From: Holophagales bacterium UBA5704
GTDB lineage: Bacteria > Acidobacteriota > Thermoanaerobaculia > Multivoradales > UBA5704
Direction of reading: 5' to 3'
Assembly: GCA_002420005.1 (NCBI GenBank)
Contig: DIHE01000126.1
Span: 77,536 to 141,535, forward strand
Length of the DNA stretch: 64,000 nt
A program made the translations under genes and the position numbers. How positions within the stretch are numbered: the first letter of the stretch is position 1; every line of letters starts with the position of its first letter. Shown here one piece after another: positions 18,870 through 28,910 of the stretch. The notes below the pieces were generated by a model. The model was not told the DNA's origin, made no database searches, and was given only the letters and a program-made list of their open reading frames with translations.

Positions 18870-19050
18870 GGACCTGCGGCAGAACTGTACCTCAGATGCC
18901 GCGGCCGGTCATCTCGCACCGCAAGACGGCGCCTTCGGGCGAGACGGATGCCCCCGAAAGAGGAAAACCCTGCGATCTTTCGAAATGCGGCCGTTTTGCG
19001 GCCGTGTTCCCTTCACTTCTCGGCTCTTTCCTCCACTTTTGCCGCCAGAA

Positions 19051-19064
19051 CGGGAAATTTCCCG
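19051..19064. promoter_or_regulatory. perfect 14-bp palindrome CGGGAAATTTCCCG in the divergent promoter region
   Basis: Read directly. It is centred about 20 bp upstream of the putative -35 of the XRE gene. Confidence 0.4.
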
Positions 19065-19076
19065 GAAAACCGACCG

Positions 19077-19105
19077 TTGACGGGGCACGGCGCGGTCTCT
19101 ACGAT
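19077..19105 (+). promoter_or_regulatory. sigma-70-like promoter TTGACG-17 nt-TACGAT; predicts a leaderless XRE mRNA
   Basis: -35 at 19077-19082 and -10 at 19100-19105. The ATG at 19114 is only 8 nt after the -10, and there is no room for a Shine-Dalgarno sequence. Confidence 0.4.
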
Positions 19106-19113
19106 GCGCGCCA

Positions 19114-19527
19114 ATGGAAACCCAACGGAAACGAAAAGACGACCTCGGTGAAGCGTTGCGCCCCTTGCTCGGGAATGAGATCGCCCGCATCCGCGAGGAC
19201 AGCAAGGTTTCGCAGGAAAAGCTGGCCCGCCTCGCAGGGATGGATGCCGGGACACTGCGGCGTCTGGAGAAGGGCGAGGCCCCGCTGCGCGAGGATTATC
19301 TGGTCGGCCTCTGCAAGGCGCTGGACGTCGATCTGGGCGACACGCTGCGCCGCATGACCCATCTCTATGAGCAGTCTCTCCGTGAGGGGCGCACCGCCGA
19401 TCAGGAGGGGCGGTTGCAGGAGCTCTGCCATAAAATCCGCGAGAAGTTCGAGGTCCGCGTCCGCTCCGACCGCGAGCTTCTGGATGCTTTCATCGAGCTG
19501 GCCTCCTACTTCGACACGCGGCGCTGA
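19114..19527 (+). CDS. XRE-family helix-turn-helix transcriptional regulator
   Basis: …IARIREDSKVSQEKLARLAGMDAGTLRRLEKGE is an HTH_3-like motif. The gene is divergent from the HipA-like operon. Confidence 0.75.
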   Translation: METQRKRKDDLGEALRPLLGNEIARIREDSKVSQEKLARLAGMDAGTLRRLEKGEAPLREDYLVGLCKALDVDLGDTLRRMTHLYEQSLREGRTADQEGRLQELCHKIREKFEVRVRSDRELLDAFIELASYFDTRR

Positions 19528-19600
19528 GGGTCCTCTCGCCTCGCAAGAGTAGAATGCCGGGAGCCACCGTCTCCCGGCTCTCATCTTCGCGAGGTCGTCC

Positions 19601-21943
19601 ATGGTCCAGCCCCGTTTTCGCCCGTTCCTTCTTCTCGCCTTGGTCTTCGGACTGCCCTCCGGGCTCGCCGCGGAGGGCGCCCGGTTGTTCCACGACCGCC
19701 CGTTCGCCGGCCTGCCGCCGCGCAGCGGCGCCTGGGAGCTTCCGTTGCCCCGTCACCACCGCGTGCTGGAGGTGGACGTCGACGGGCTCCAGCGCGTGCT
19801 GGACCGCGCGCCGGCCGAGCTCTTCCTCCCGTATCCGGACGGCACCGACCGCCGGTTCCGGGTGGAGGAGGCGCCGATCCTCGAGCCGGCCTTGGCGGAT
19901 CGGTTCCGCGATCTGCGCACCTTCACGCTGCAGGGGATCGACGATCCCACCGCCACCGGGCGCCTCAGCCTCACCCCGCTCGGCCTCCATGCGCTGGTTC
20001 TCTCCGCCTCCGGCACGGTGCTGCTCGATCCCTACCGCAAGGGGGAGATGAGCCCTGTGGTGGCGTCCTTCAAGCGCGACGCGCGCCGGAGCGCGGGAGA
20101 ACCCTTTCACTGTGACGTTCCGGCGGAGAGCGAAGGCGCCCGGCCGGTCTCCGCCGGGCCGCCGGGGCGCCTGGCGGTTGCGTCGGGGACGCAGCTGCGC
20201 ACCTACCGCCTGGCGCTGGCCGGCACCGGCGAGTACACCGCCGCGGTCTGTGCGCCAGACCCGGCCGGCGTCGCCTGCGGGCTGGCCGCCATGGTGGTGT
20301 CGATGAACCGGGTGAACGCCGTGTACGAGCGGGAGGTGGCCCTCCGCATGGTGCTGGTCGGCAACAACAACCTGGTGGTCTACACCGACGGCGCCACCGA
20401 TCCCTACACCAACGGCAGCGGCGTCACCATGCTCGGAGAGAACCAGACCAACCTCAACACGGTCATCGGTTCCGCCAACTACGACGTCGGCCACGTCTTC
20501 TCGACCGGCGGCGGCGGTGTCGCGTCTCTTCAGGTGCCCTGCACGGCGAGCAAGGCGCGCGGCGTCACCGGCCAGGCGAACCCGGTGGGGGACCCGTTCG
20601 ACATCGACTACGTGGCGCACGAGATGGGGCATCAGTTCGGCGGCTCCCACACCTTCAACGGCACCACCGGGAATTGCAGCGGCAACCGCAGCTCGTCCTC
20701 CGCCTACGAGCCGGGCAGCGGCACGACGATCATGGCCTATGCCGGGATCTGCGGCGCCGAGAACCTCCAGCCGCACAGCGACGACACGTTCCACACCCGG
20801 AGCTTCGATCAGATCGTCGCCTTTTCGACCGGTGTCACCGGCACCTCCTGCGCGGCGGTCACCGCCACCGGCAATACGCCGCCTACGGTCAACGCCGGCC
20901 CGGCCTTCTCGATCCCGAAGCAGACGCCGTTCACCCTCACCGGCTCGGGCGCAGATGGCGATGGAGACGCGCTGACCTATCTCTGGGAGGAATTCGACCT
21001 GGGGAGCGCCGCGCCGCCCAACGACGACGTGGCGGCGGTGCGCCCCATCTTCCGCACCTTCGTGCCGCTCACCGTGCCGAGCCGCACCTTCCCGCGCCTC
21101 GCGGACCTGCTGGGCAATACCACGACCCTGGGAGAGTCGCTGCCGACGCGAGGCCGCACCATGACCTTCCGGTTGACCGTGCGCGACAATCGCACCGGCG
21201 GCGGCGGCGTCAACTGGGCGTCGACCACGGTGGCGGTGGACGCCACGGCGGGTCCGTTCGTGATCACCCAGCCGAACACGGCTCTGAGCTGGCTCGGAGG
21301 CGGTGGGCAGACGGTGACCTGGAACGTCGCCGGGACCACCGCCGCGCCGGTTTCCTGCGCCAACGTGGCGATCGACCTGTCGACCGACGGCGGGCTGACG
21401 TTTCCGGTGGCGCTCGCCGCCTCGACGGCCAACGACGGCACCGAGGCGGTGACCCTCCCGAACACCCCGACCCCCCAGGCGCGGGTGCGCGTCTCCTGCG
21501 TCGGCAACGTATTCTTCGATCTCTCGAACGTGAATTTCACCATCCTGGCCGGAGGCCCGCCGGCGCCCGCGGATTTCTACACGGTGACGCCCTGCCGGGT
21601 CCTCGACACCCGCAATCCCGAGGGTCCCCTGGGAGGGCCGGCCCTGGTGGGAGGCGCGACCCGCTCGTTCGCGATCGCCGGGAGTTGCGGCGTACCGGTG
21701 GATGCCACGGCGGTGGCGGTCAACGTCACGGTCATCCAGCCCGCGGCCCCGGGCTATCTGACCCTCTTCCCGAGCGGCCTGACCCCGCCGGTGGTGGCGA
21801 CGATCACCTTCAGCGCCGGCCAGATCCTGTCGAACAACGCGATCCTCGGCTTGACCGGCGCGGTCCCCGGACGTCTCGACGTGCTCTCCCAGCTCGCCGG
21901 TGGCAGCCACTTCGCGCTCGATGTGACGGGGTATTTCAAATGA
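19601..21943 (+). CDS. secreted zinc metalloprotease, reprolysin/M12B-like metzincin
   Basis: Signal peptide, HEMGHQFGGSH (HExxHxxGxxH), and C-terminal beta-rich domains. Confidence 0.75.
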   Translation: MVQPRFRPFLLLALVFGLPSGLAAEGARLFHDRPFAGLPPRSGAWELPLPRHHRVLEVDVDGLQRVLDRAPAELFLPYPDGTDRRFRVEEAPILEPALADRFRDLRTFTLQGIDDPTATGRLSLTPLGLHALVLSASGTVLLDPYRKGEMSPVVASFKRDARRSAGEPFHCDVPAESEGARPVSAGPPGRLAVASGTQLRTYRLALAGTGEYTAAVCAPDPAGVACGLAAMVVSMNRVNAVYEREVALRMVLVGNNNLVVYTDGATDPYTNGSGVTMLGENQTNLNTVIGSANYDVGHVFSTGGGGVASLQVPCTASKARGVTGQANPVGDPFDIDYVAHEMGHQFGGSHTFNGTTGNCSGNRSSSSAYEPGSGTTIMAYAGICGAENLQPHSDDTFHTRSFDQIVAFSTGVTGTSCAAVTATGNTPPTVNAGPAFSIPKQTPFTLTGSGADGDGDALTYLWEEFDLGSAAPPNDDVAAVRPIFRTFVPLTVPSRTFPRLADLLGNTTTLGESLPTRGRTMTFRLTVRDNRTGGGGVNWASTTVAVDATAGPFVITQPNTALSWLGGGGQTVTWNVAGTTAAPVSCANVAIDLSTDGGLTFPVALAASTANDGTEAVTLPNTPTPQARVRVSCVGNVFFDLSNVNFTILAGGPPAPADFYTVTPCRVLDTRNPEGPLGGPALVGGATRSFAIAGSCGVPVDATAVAVNVTVIQPAAPGYLTLFPSGLTPPVVATITFSAGQILSNNAILGLTGAVPGRLDVLSQLAGGSHFALDVTGYFK

Positions 21944-21997
21944 GGCCCGGCGCATCACCCTCCCCTTCACCGCCAAGGGGATCGCGATCATCGGCCG

Positions 21998-23185
21998 ATG
22001 CGATACCCTTGCCCGATGCGCATCGACCCCGACCATGTCACCGAGCTCCTCGCCCGGCTCGTCCGGATCAACTCGATCAACCCGTTCTTCTCCGCAGGGA
22101 CCACCGACGAGCGCGAGATCGCCGCCTGCGTGGCGGAGGAGCTGCGCCGGATCGGTGCGCGGGTCGAGATCCGTGAGCCGGAGCCGGGACGGACGAGCGT
22201 GCTGGGGACCCTTCCCGGCCAGGGTGGAGGCCGCTCGCTCCTCCTCTATGCGCACATGGACACGGTCGGCATCGGCGGCATGCCCGAGCCGTTCTCCGCC
22301 GCGGTGCGCGACGGAAAGATGTACGGCCGCGGCACCTATGACATGAAAGGCGGCCTCGCTGCGTGCCTCGCGGCGGCCCGGGCGGTCGCGGAGGCGGGTG
22401 TGCCGCTCGCCGGAGACCTGCACGTGCTCGGCGTGGCGGATGAGGAGGTGGCGAGCCTCGGTCTCTACGACATGCTGACCGTCTGCCGGCCGGACGCGGC
22501 CATCGTCACCGAGCCGACCGAGCTCGACCTCTGCCTGGCCCACAAGGGATTCATCTGGGTCGAGGTGGAGACCGAGGGCCGTGCGGCGCACGGCAGCCGG
22601 TTCGAGCTGGGGATCGACGCCAACCTGCGGATGGGCCGCTTCCTCGGCCGGCTGGACGCGCTGGAGCAGCAGCTGCGGCAACGGCCGCCTCATCCGCTGG
22701 TCGGGCCGCCGTCCCTGCACGCCGGCACCCTGCACGGGGGCACGGCGCCGAGCATCTACGCCGCGAGCTGCCGCCTGGAGATCGAGCGCCGCACCGTCCC
22801 CGGCGAGACCGAAGCCGGTTGCCTCGCCGAGCTGCAAGCTCTCGCCGACGCGCTGGCCGAGGCCGACCCGACCTTCCGCGCGACGATCCGGCCGACCCTC
22901 ACCCGCCCGCCGTTCGAGGTCGCCCCCGGCGCCCCCATCGTCCGCACGGTGACCGAGGCGGCCACGGGTGTCCTCGGCCATGCACCGGCCGCGCTCGGAC
23001 ATTCCTTCTGGATGGATGCCTCCCTGCTCGCCGAGGCCGGCGTCGAGACCGTGGTGATCGGCGCCCACGGGGCCGGCGCGCATGCGGACGAAGAGTGGGT
23101 CGACCTGCGCTCGGTCGCCCGGCTCGCCGAGATCCTGGCCCGCTCCGCCGTGGCCTGGTGCGGCGCGCCGTCAGACACTCCTTAA
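21998..23185 (+). CDS. M20 family metallohydrolase (ArgE/DapE/ACY1-like)
   Basis: LLLYAHMDTV, GRGTYDMKGG and ADEE motifs. An alternative start lies at 22016. Confidence 0.8.
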   Translation: MRYPCPMRIDPDHVTELLARLVRINSINPFFSAGTTDEREIAACVAEELRRIGARVEIREPEPGRTSVLGTLPGQGGGRSLLLYAHMDTVGIGGMPEPFSAAVRDGKMYGRGTYDMKGGLAACLAAARAVAEAGVPLAGDLHVLGVADEEVASLGLYDMLTVCRPDAAIVTEPTELDLCLAHKGFIWVEVETEGRAAHGSRFELGIDANLRMGRFLGRLDALEQQLRQRPPHPLVGPPSLHAGTLHGGTAPSIYAASCRLEIERRTVPGETEAGCLAELQALADALAEADPTFRATIRPTLTRPPFEVAPGAPIVRTVTEAATGVLGHAPAALGHSFWMDASLLAEAGVETVVIGAHGAGAHADEEWVDLRSVARLAEILARSAVAWCGAPSDTP

Positions 23186-23244
23186 TCTTCGCTTGATAGA
23201 GTTCTCTTCCGCGAGAAAGGGCTCGCGTATCAGGAGAGAATTCA

Positions 23245-23706
23245 ATGGACGACATCATCAAGAATCTGGCCGCTCAGTTGGGAATCGGCGTCGGACAGGC
23301 GGAAGCCGGGGCCGGCGCCATCCTCCAGCTCATCCGGGAACAAGCCGCGCACGGCGACTTCCAGCAACTCTTGAAGGCGGTTCCCGGTGCCACGCAGTGG
23401 ATGGGCACGGCGTCGGAAGTGGCGGGTGGAGACGGTGGAGGCCTGCTCGGCCAGGCGGCGGGCCTGTTCGGCGGCCTGACCGGCAACGGCGGGCTCGGCG
23501 CGGCGATCTCCGCCCTCGGCAAGAGCGGGATCGGGCCGGAGGCCGCGGCGCGCTTCGTACCGGCGCTGCTGGAGCTTTTGCAGTCGAAAGCCGGCGCCGA
23601 TCTGGTCGGCCGCCTCTCCTCCTCGGTCCCCTTCCTCAAGGAAGCTCTCGGAGCGGCGGGAGGGGTGGGCGGATTGGCAGGTGCGCTCGGCAAGATGTTC
23701 GGATAA
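23245..23706 (+). CDS. DUF2780-like protein
   Basis: MDDIIKNLAAQLGIGVGQAEAGAGAILQLI…FVPALLELLQSKAG with Gly-rich linkers matches my recollection of DUF2780. Confidence 0.6.
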   Translation: MDDIIKNLAAQLGIGVGQAEAGAGAILQLIREQAAHGDFQQLLKAVPGATQWMGTASEVAGGDGGGLLGQAAGLFGGLTGNGGLGAAISALGKSGIGPEAAARFVPALLELLQSKAGADLVGRLSSSVPFLKEALGAAGGVGGLAGALGKMFG

Positions 23707-23765
23707 GGTCGTGTGGTAACCTCCCGCCTTTCGTGGCGGGACGACCGCTCCCGGAGGACATCCCT

Positions 23766-24833
<1,068 letters not shown>

Positions 24834-24945
24834 GAAAAGTCCGGCCGGCCGGCTCGCAAAATCCCTCGGCGCGCACCATTACCAGTGAGAGCGCTCTTGG
24901 CGCGGCAAGACCGCCGTGGCCCCTCTGGCGCGATGGAGGTTGAAG

Positions 24946-27027
24946 ATGAGCCGTCAGCTCACCTGGATGGTGTTGATTCTGCTCGCCTTCGGTGGTGTGG
25001 CCCAGGCTGCCCCCGAGGCCGGCGGTCCCACGGCCGCTTTGTATCCGGTGGTCGATGTCAACCGTGTGCAGTCCGTGGTCGGCCAGCAGCTCGACCTGAC
25101 ACGGATCGGGGAGGAGGACCTCGCGCGCGACCGGGAAGGCCTGCCGCCGCGGTTCGCGATCCCCGAGCGGGTGTCCTTGACCCCTGCCAACAGCGGCACC
25201 TGGGAAGACCTCGGCAACGGTTTGAAGCTCTGGCGCCTGCGCGTCATCGGCCGCGAGGGGACGAACTCCCTGAACCTCGGCTTCACCCGCTTCAAGATGA
25301 CGCCGAACAGCCGCGTGCTGTTCTACTCGACCGACGGCCGCGAGAGGACCCGCGCCTTCACCGCCGCGGACAACGAGGCCCACGGTGAGATGTGGACACC
25401 GGTGATCCCCACCCGCGACCTGATCGTGGAGCTCACCGTGCCCAAGGCGGAGGCCAAGGGGCTGCAGCTCCGGCTCGGCTGGATCAACCAGGGCTATCGC
25501 GGCTTCGGCACGATCACCGCCGACTCCTACAACAAGTCCGGAAGCTGCAACATGGACGTCGCCTGCCTCGACGCCGGAGACTCCTGGCGCGAGGAGATGC
25601 GGGCGGTGGGCGTGATCTCCACCGGCGGCTCGACGTTCTGCTCCGGCTCGCTGATCAACAACACGGCCGGCGACCGCAAGATGTACTTCATGACCGCCAA
25701 CCACTGCGGCATCACCGCGTCGAACGCCGCCTCTCTGGTGGTCTATTGGAACTACCAGAACTCCTTCTGCCGCACCCCGGGCAGCACCGCCAGCGGCCAG
25801 GCCGGCGACGGCAGCCTCGCGCAATTCCACACCGGGTCCTTCTTCCGCGCCGCGTATTCGCCTTCGGACTTCACCCTGGTCGAGCTGGACGATCCGGCCG
25901 TCACCGCCTACAACCACTACTGGGCGGGCTGGGACCGTTCGACGGGCGACTTCGCCTGCTCCGCCGCCTCTCCGTGCGCGGCGATCCACCATCCGTCGAC
26001 CGATGAGAAGCGGATCACCTACTCCACCACCAACACGGCGACGACCAGCTACAACAATCCGACGTCTCCCGGCGACGGCACCCATGTCTGGGCGCGCTGG
26101 GCGACCGATCCTCCCGGGCCCTTCACCGTGCCCGGTGTGACCGAGGGCGGTTCCTCGGGCTCGCCGCTCTACAACGCGGCCGGCCGTTTCATCGGCCAGC
26201 TCCATGGCGGCCCGTCCGCCTGTGGTGCCACCGGGACCAATCTCTCCGACTACTACGGCCGTTTCAGCATCTCCTGGACGGGCGGCGGCACGAACAGCAC
26301 CCGCGTGTCGAACTGGCTCGACGCCGGCAACACCGGGGCGACCACGACCAACGGCCTCGACACCGGCGGCGGTGGCTGCACGCCCCCCGCGGCGCCCACC
26401 GGCTTGACCGCCACCGCCGCGTCGCAGACCCAGGTCAACCTCTCCTGGACCGCCGTCTCCGGCGCCACCTCCTACACCATCTGGCGCTCGACGACCAGCG
26501 GCGGCCCCTACACCTCGGTCGGAACCTCCGCCACGACGTCCTTCTCGAACACCGGCCTGTCTTGCAACACCACCTACTACTACGTGGTGACCGCGTCGAA
26601 CGGGAGCTGCAGCTCCGGCAACTCGGCGCAGGCGTCGGCGACGACCTCGGTGTGCACGGCCTGCACCGCCACCACCGAGGTGGAGGCGAACAACACCCGC
26701 ACCGCGCCGCAGGTGATCTCGGGAACCTGCAACCAGATCTCCGGCACGTTCCTCAACGACTCCTCGACGCAGCAGAACGACTACTTCCGCCTGAGCCTGC
26801 CGGCCGGCGCGACCGTGACCGCGCTGCTCAACGGCCTCACGGTCGACTACGACCTCTACATCTACAACTCGACCACCGGCAGCGCCGTGGCCAGCTCGCT
26901 CAACGGTGGCACGACCGCCGACCAGGCGTCCTGGACCAACACGGGAGCCTCGGCGATCAACGTCTTCGTGCGCGTCTACCGCTACTCTTCGACCCGCACG
27001 ACGTATCAGCTCCGGGTCAGCTACTGA
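24946..27027 (+). CDS. secreted S1-family (lysyl-endopeptidase-like) serine protease with FN3 and pre-peptidase C-terminal (PPC) domains
   Basis: Signal peptide, TANHC (His), GGSSGSPL (Ser), an FN3-like SWTAVSGATSYTIWRS segment, and a PPC-like tail DYFRLSLPAGATV…YDLYIY. Confidence 0.75.
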   Translation: MSRQLTWMVLILLAFGGVAQAAPEAGGPTAALYPVVDVNRVQSVVGQQLDLTRIGEEDLARDREGLPPRFAIPERVSLTPANSGTWEDLGNGLKLWRLRVIGREGTNSLNLGFTRFKMTPNSRVLFYSTDGRERTRAFTAADNEAHGEMWTPVIPTRDLIVELTVPKAEAKGLQLRLGWINQGYRGFGTITADSYNKSGSCNMDVACLDAGDSWREEMRAVGVISTGGSTFCSGSLINNTAGDRKMYFMTANHCGITASNAASLVVYWNYQNSFCRTPGSTASGQAGDGSLAQFHTGSFFRAAYSPSDFTLVELDDPAVTAYNHYWAGWDRSTGDFACSAASPCAAIHHPSTDEKRITYSTTNTATTSYNNPTSPGDGTHVWARWATDPPGPFTVPGVTEGGSSGSPLYNAAGRFIGQLHGGPSACGATGTNLSDYYGRFSISWTGGGTNSTRVSNWLDAGNTGATTTNGLDTGGGGCTPPAAPTGLTATAASQTQVNLSWTAVSGATSYTIWRSTTSGGPYTSVGTSATTSFSNTGLSCNTTYYYVVTASNGSCSSGNSAQASATTSVCTACTATTEVEANNTRTAPQVISGTCNQISGTFLNDSSTQQNDYFRLSLPAGATVTALLNGLTVDYDLYIYNSTTGSAVASSLNGGTTADQASWTNTGASAINVFVRVYRYSSTRTTYQLRVSY

Positions 27028-27040
27028 TCTGCCCCCCCGC

Positions 27041-27072
27041 CGCCCGCCCCCTCGCCTTCCCGGGGGCGGGCG
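27041..27072. terminator. perfect 11-bp GC hairpin between convergent genes (bidirectional terminator candidate)
   Basis: CGCCCGCCCCC (27041-27051) pairs with GGGGGCGGGCG (27062-27072) around a 10-nt loop, followed by CCCTCCTTTC. Confidence 0.5.
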
Positions 27073-27094
27073 CCCTCCTTTCGATCCGGTCCCT

Positions 27095-28873
27095 TTACAC
27101 GAAGATCCGCGGTGGCTCTTGGGCCTTCGGGGCCTCGTCCGACTGGAGGAGGTTGCCTTCGACGTCCTGATAGCGCCCCTGGCCGACGTCGAGGAGGACG
27201 CGGTTGCGCCCGCGGCGCTTGGCTTCATAGAGGGCTTCGTCGGCGAAGAGGAGGAGCTCGGCGGCGGTCTTCGCGAGGACGCCGGGAGAGGAAGCCACTC
27301 CGGCGCTCATGGTGAGGGGGATGCGCTGCCCGCCGTGCTCGAAGGGGAGGTCCTGGATTCTCTGCCGGACCTGCTCGGCGATCGCGAGGCCCTGGCCGCC
27401 GTCCATGCCCTCCAGGAGGATCACGAACTCCTCGCCTCCGTAGCGGCAGCAGAGCGCTCCCTCCCAGGCGGTTTTGAAGACGGCGGCGGCGGCGACCAGG
27501 GCGGCGTCGCCGGCCGGATGCCCAAAGGTGTCGTTGATCTTCTTGAAGTGGTCCAGGTCGCAGAGGATGACCGCCATGGCCCCACCTTCTTCGGTCACCT
27601 GGGCGTGGACCTCGTGGAGCCGCTTCTCCAGGACGCGGCGCAGGACGGCTCCGGTCAAGGTGTCCTCGCGCGCCTCGCGGCCGGTCAGGCAGCGGCCCAC
27701 CGAGGCGCTCATCTGGGGCACCAGCCGGTCGAGCAGCTCGACGCCGGCGAGGTCGAGCTTGCGCGGATCGCACCACAGGCGCAGACGCCCGAGGAGCCGG
27801 CCGTCGCTGCGGAGCTGGCGCTCGACGATGTTCCACTGCGCCCGCCGGTGGACGCCGGGAAGGACCGGGGCATAGCGATCCGGCTCCGGGACGCCGGTGC
27901 GCAGCTCGCTCTCCGGACCTTTGGGTCCCGCCCACCAGCTCTTGAGCTCGCCGCCGGGCGCCATCAGCTCGAACTGGAACCAGTGGAATCTCACCAGCTC
28001 GCCGCTTTCGGTCTTCATGCGGTCGATCACGTCGACGATCTCGCGCTCGCCTTTGTCGACCATCCGCTTGCCGGCCCGCCGCAGGCGTTCCAGGTCGAAC
28101 GCGCGATGGTGGGAGCGTTCGTGAAGGACCCGGTTGCGCGCCGCCTCCAGGGCGAGCAGGGCACAGGCGGCGGCGAGCAGGGTGGTCAGGGTCCAGCCGG
28201 AGGTCTTCTGCACCGCGACCAGCACCCCTCCCAAGGCCCAGCCGAAGGCATCGAGGCCGAGCGGTGGGAGCAGCACCTTCCAGCGCGCAAGCACCGGGTG
28301 CTCGGGGCGCCGGATCTTGCCGTCGGCCGCTTCGAGCCCGGCCCAGACGAGGAGGTAGAGGAGACCGGAGGCGGTGGCGACCGTGGCGAGGGCGGTGCCA
28401 CGGGGGAACAGCACCCAGGTCAGGGCGGCGGCGAGGGTGGCGAGAACCGCGCGCCCGGCGGTCTCCAGGGAGCGGAGGAGACTCCGCCGGTCGGGCACCC
28501 CGTAGACCCCGCGGCGCCGGACCAGGCGCAGCAGCAGCTCGGCGGAGAGAAAGGACGCCGCGGCGAGCCCTGCCGCCGGAACGCCACCGGCTCCCTCCAC
28601 GATCAGTGGCAGGACGAGGGTCCCGAGGCCGACCGTGGACACCGAGCGGAACGGGCGGTGGCAGGCCGCGGCGGCTCCGGCCAGGATGAGGACGAGCAGA
28701 AGGCCGGTGGGCGGCAGCTCTTCCGCGCGCAGGGCGGGCACACGCACGGCGGCGGCGAGCGCCAGAAGGGCGCTCAGGATCGGCACGAGCGACGCCCCGA
28801 GCTCGCGAGGCAGGAGAGCGCGCTGCAGCAAGCGTGAAGGTCCCGGCACGTTTTGCCATGGTACGCGGTTCAC
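27095..28873 (-). CDS. membrane-bound diguanylate cyclase (GGDEF domain)
   Basis: About 8 TM helices, a central uncharacterised domain, and a C-terminal DHFKKINDTFGH…RYGGEEFVILL GGDEF domain. The start is uncertain (GTG at 28873 or 28849; there is no ATG). Confidence 0.75.
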   Translation of the reverse strand: MNRVPWQNVPGPSRLLQRALLPRELGASLVPILSALLALAAAVRVPALRAEELPPTGLLLVLILAGAAAACHRPFRSVSTVGLGTLVLPLIVEGAGGVPAAGLAAASFLSAELLLRLVRRRGVYGVPDRRSLLRSLETAGRAVLATLAAALTWVLFPRGTALATVATASGLLYLLVWAGLEAADGKIRRPEHPVLARWKVLLPPLGLDAFGWALGGVLVAVQKTSGWTLTTLLAAACALLALEAARNRVLHERSHHRAFDLERLRRAGKRMVDKGEREIVDVIDRMKTESGELVRFHWFQFELMAPGGELKSWWAGPKGPESELRTGVPEPDRYAPVLPGVHRRAQWNIVERQLRSDGRLLGRLRLWCDPRKLDLAGVELLDRLVPQMSASVGRCLTGREAREDTLTGAVLRRVLEKRLHEVHAQVTEEGGAMAVILCDLDHFKKINDTFGHPAGDAALVAAAAVFKTAWEGALCCRYGGEEFVILLEGMDGGQGLAIAEQVRQRIQDLPFEHGGQRIPLTMSAGVASSPGVLAKTAAELLLFADEALYEAKRRGRNRVLLDVGQGRYQDVEGNLLQSDEAPKAQEPPRIFV

Positions 28874-28910
28874 CCCGGAAGCTGCAATCGGAATCCGATA
28901 GACTGAAGCG

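Noticed and set aside
19490-23083. Very long ORFs in the track: 19490-23083 (-) 1197 aa, 54467-59203 (-) 1578 aa, 27225-30779 (-) 1184 aa, 3627-5888 (+) 753 aa, 24823-27228 (-) 801 aa, 48974-51670 (-) 898 aa, and others.
   Set aside because: They run antisense or off-frame across genes with clear family signatures. Their translations are Arg/Gly/Pro/Ala-rich with no motifs. This is the expected stop-codon-poor artefact of roughly 70% GC DNA.
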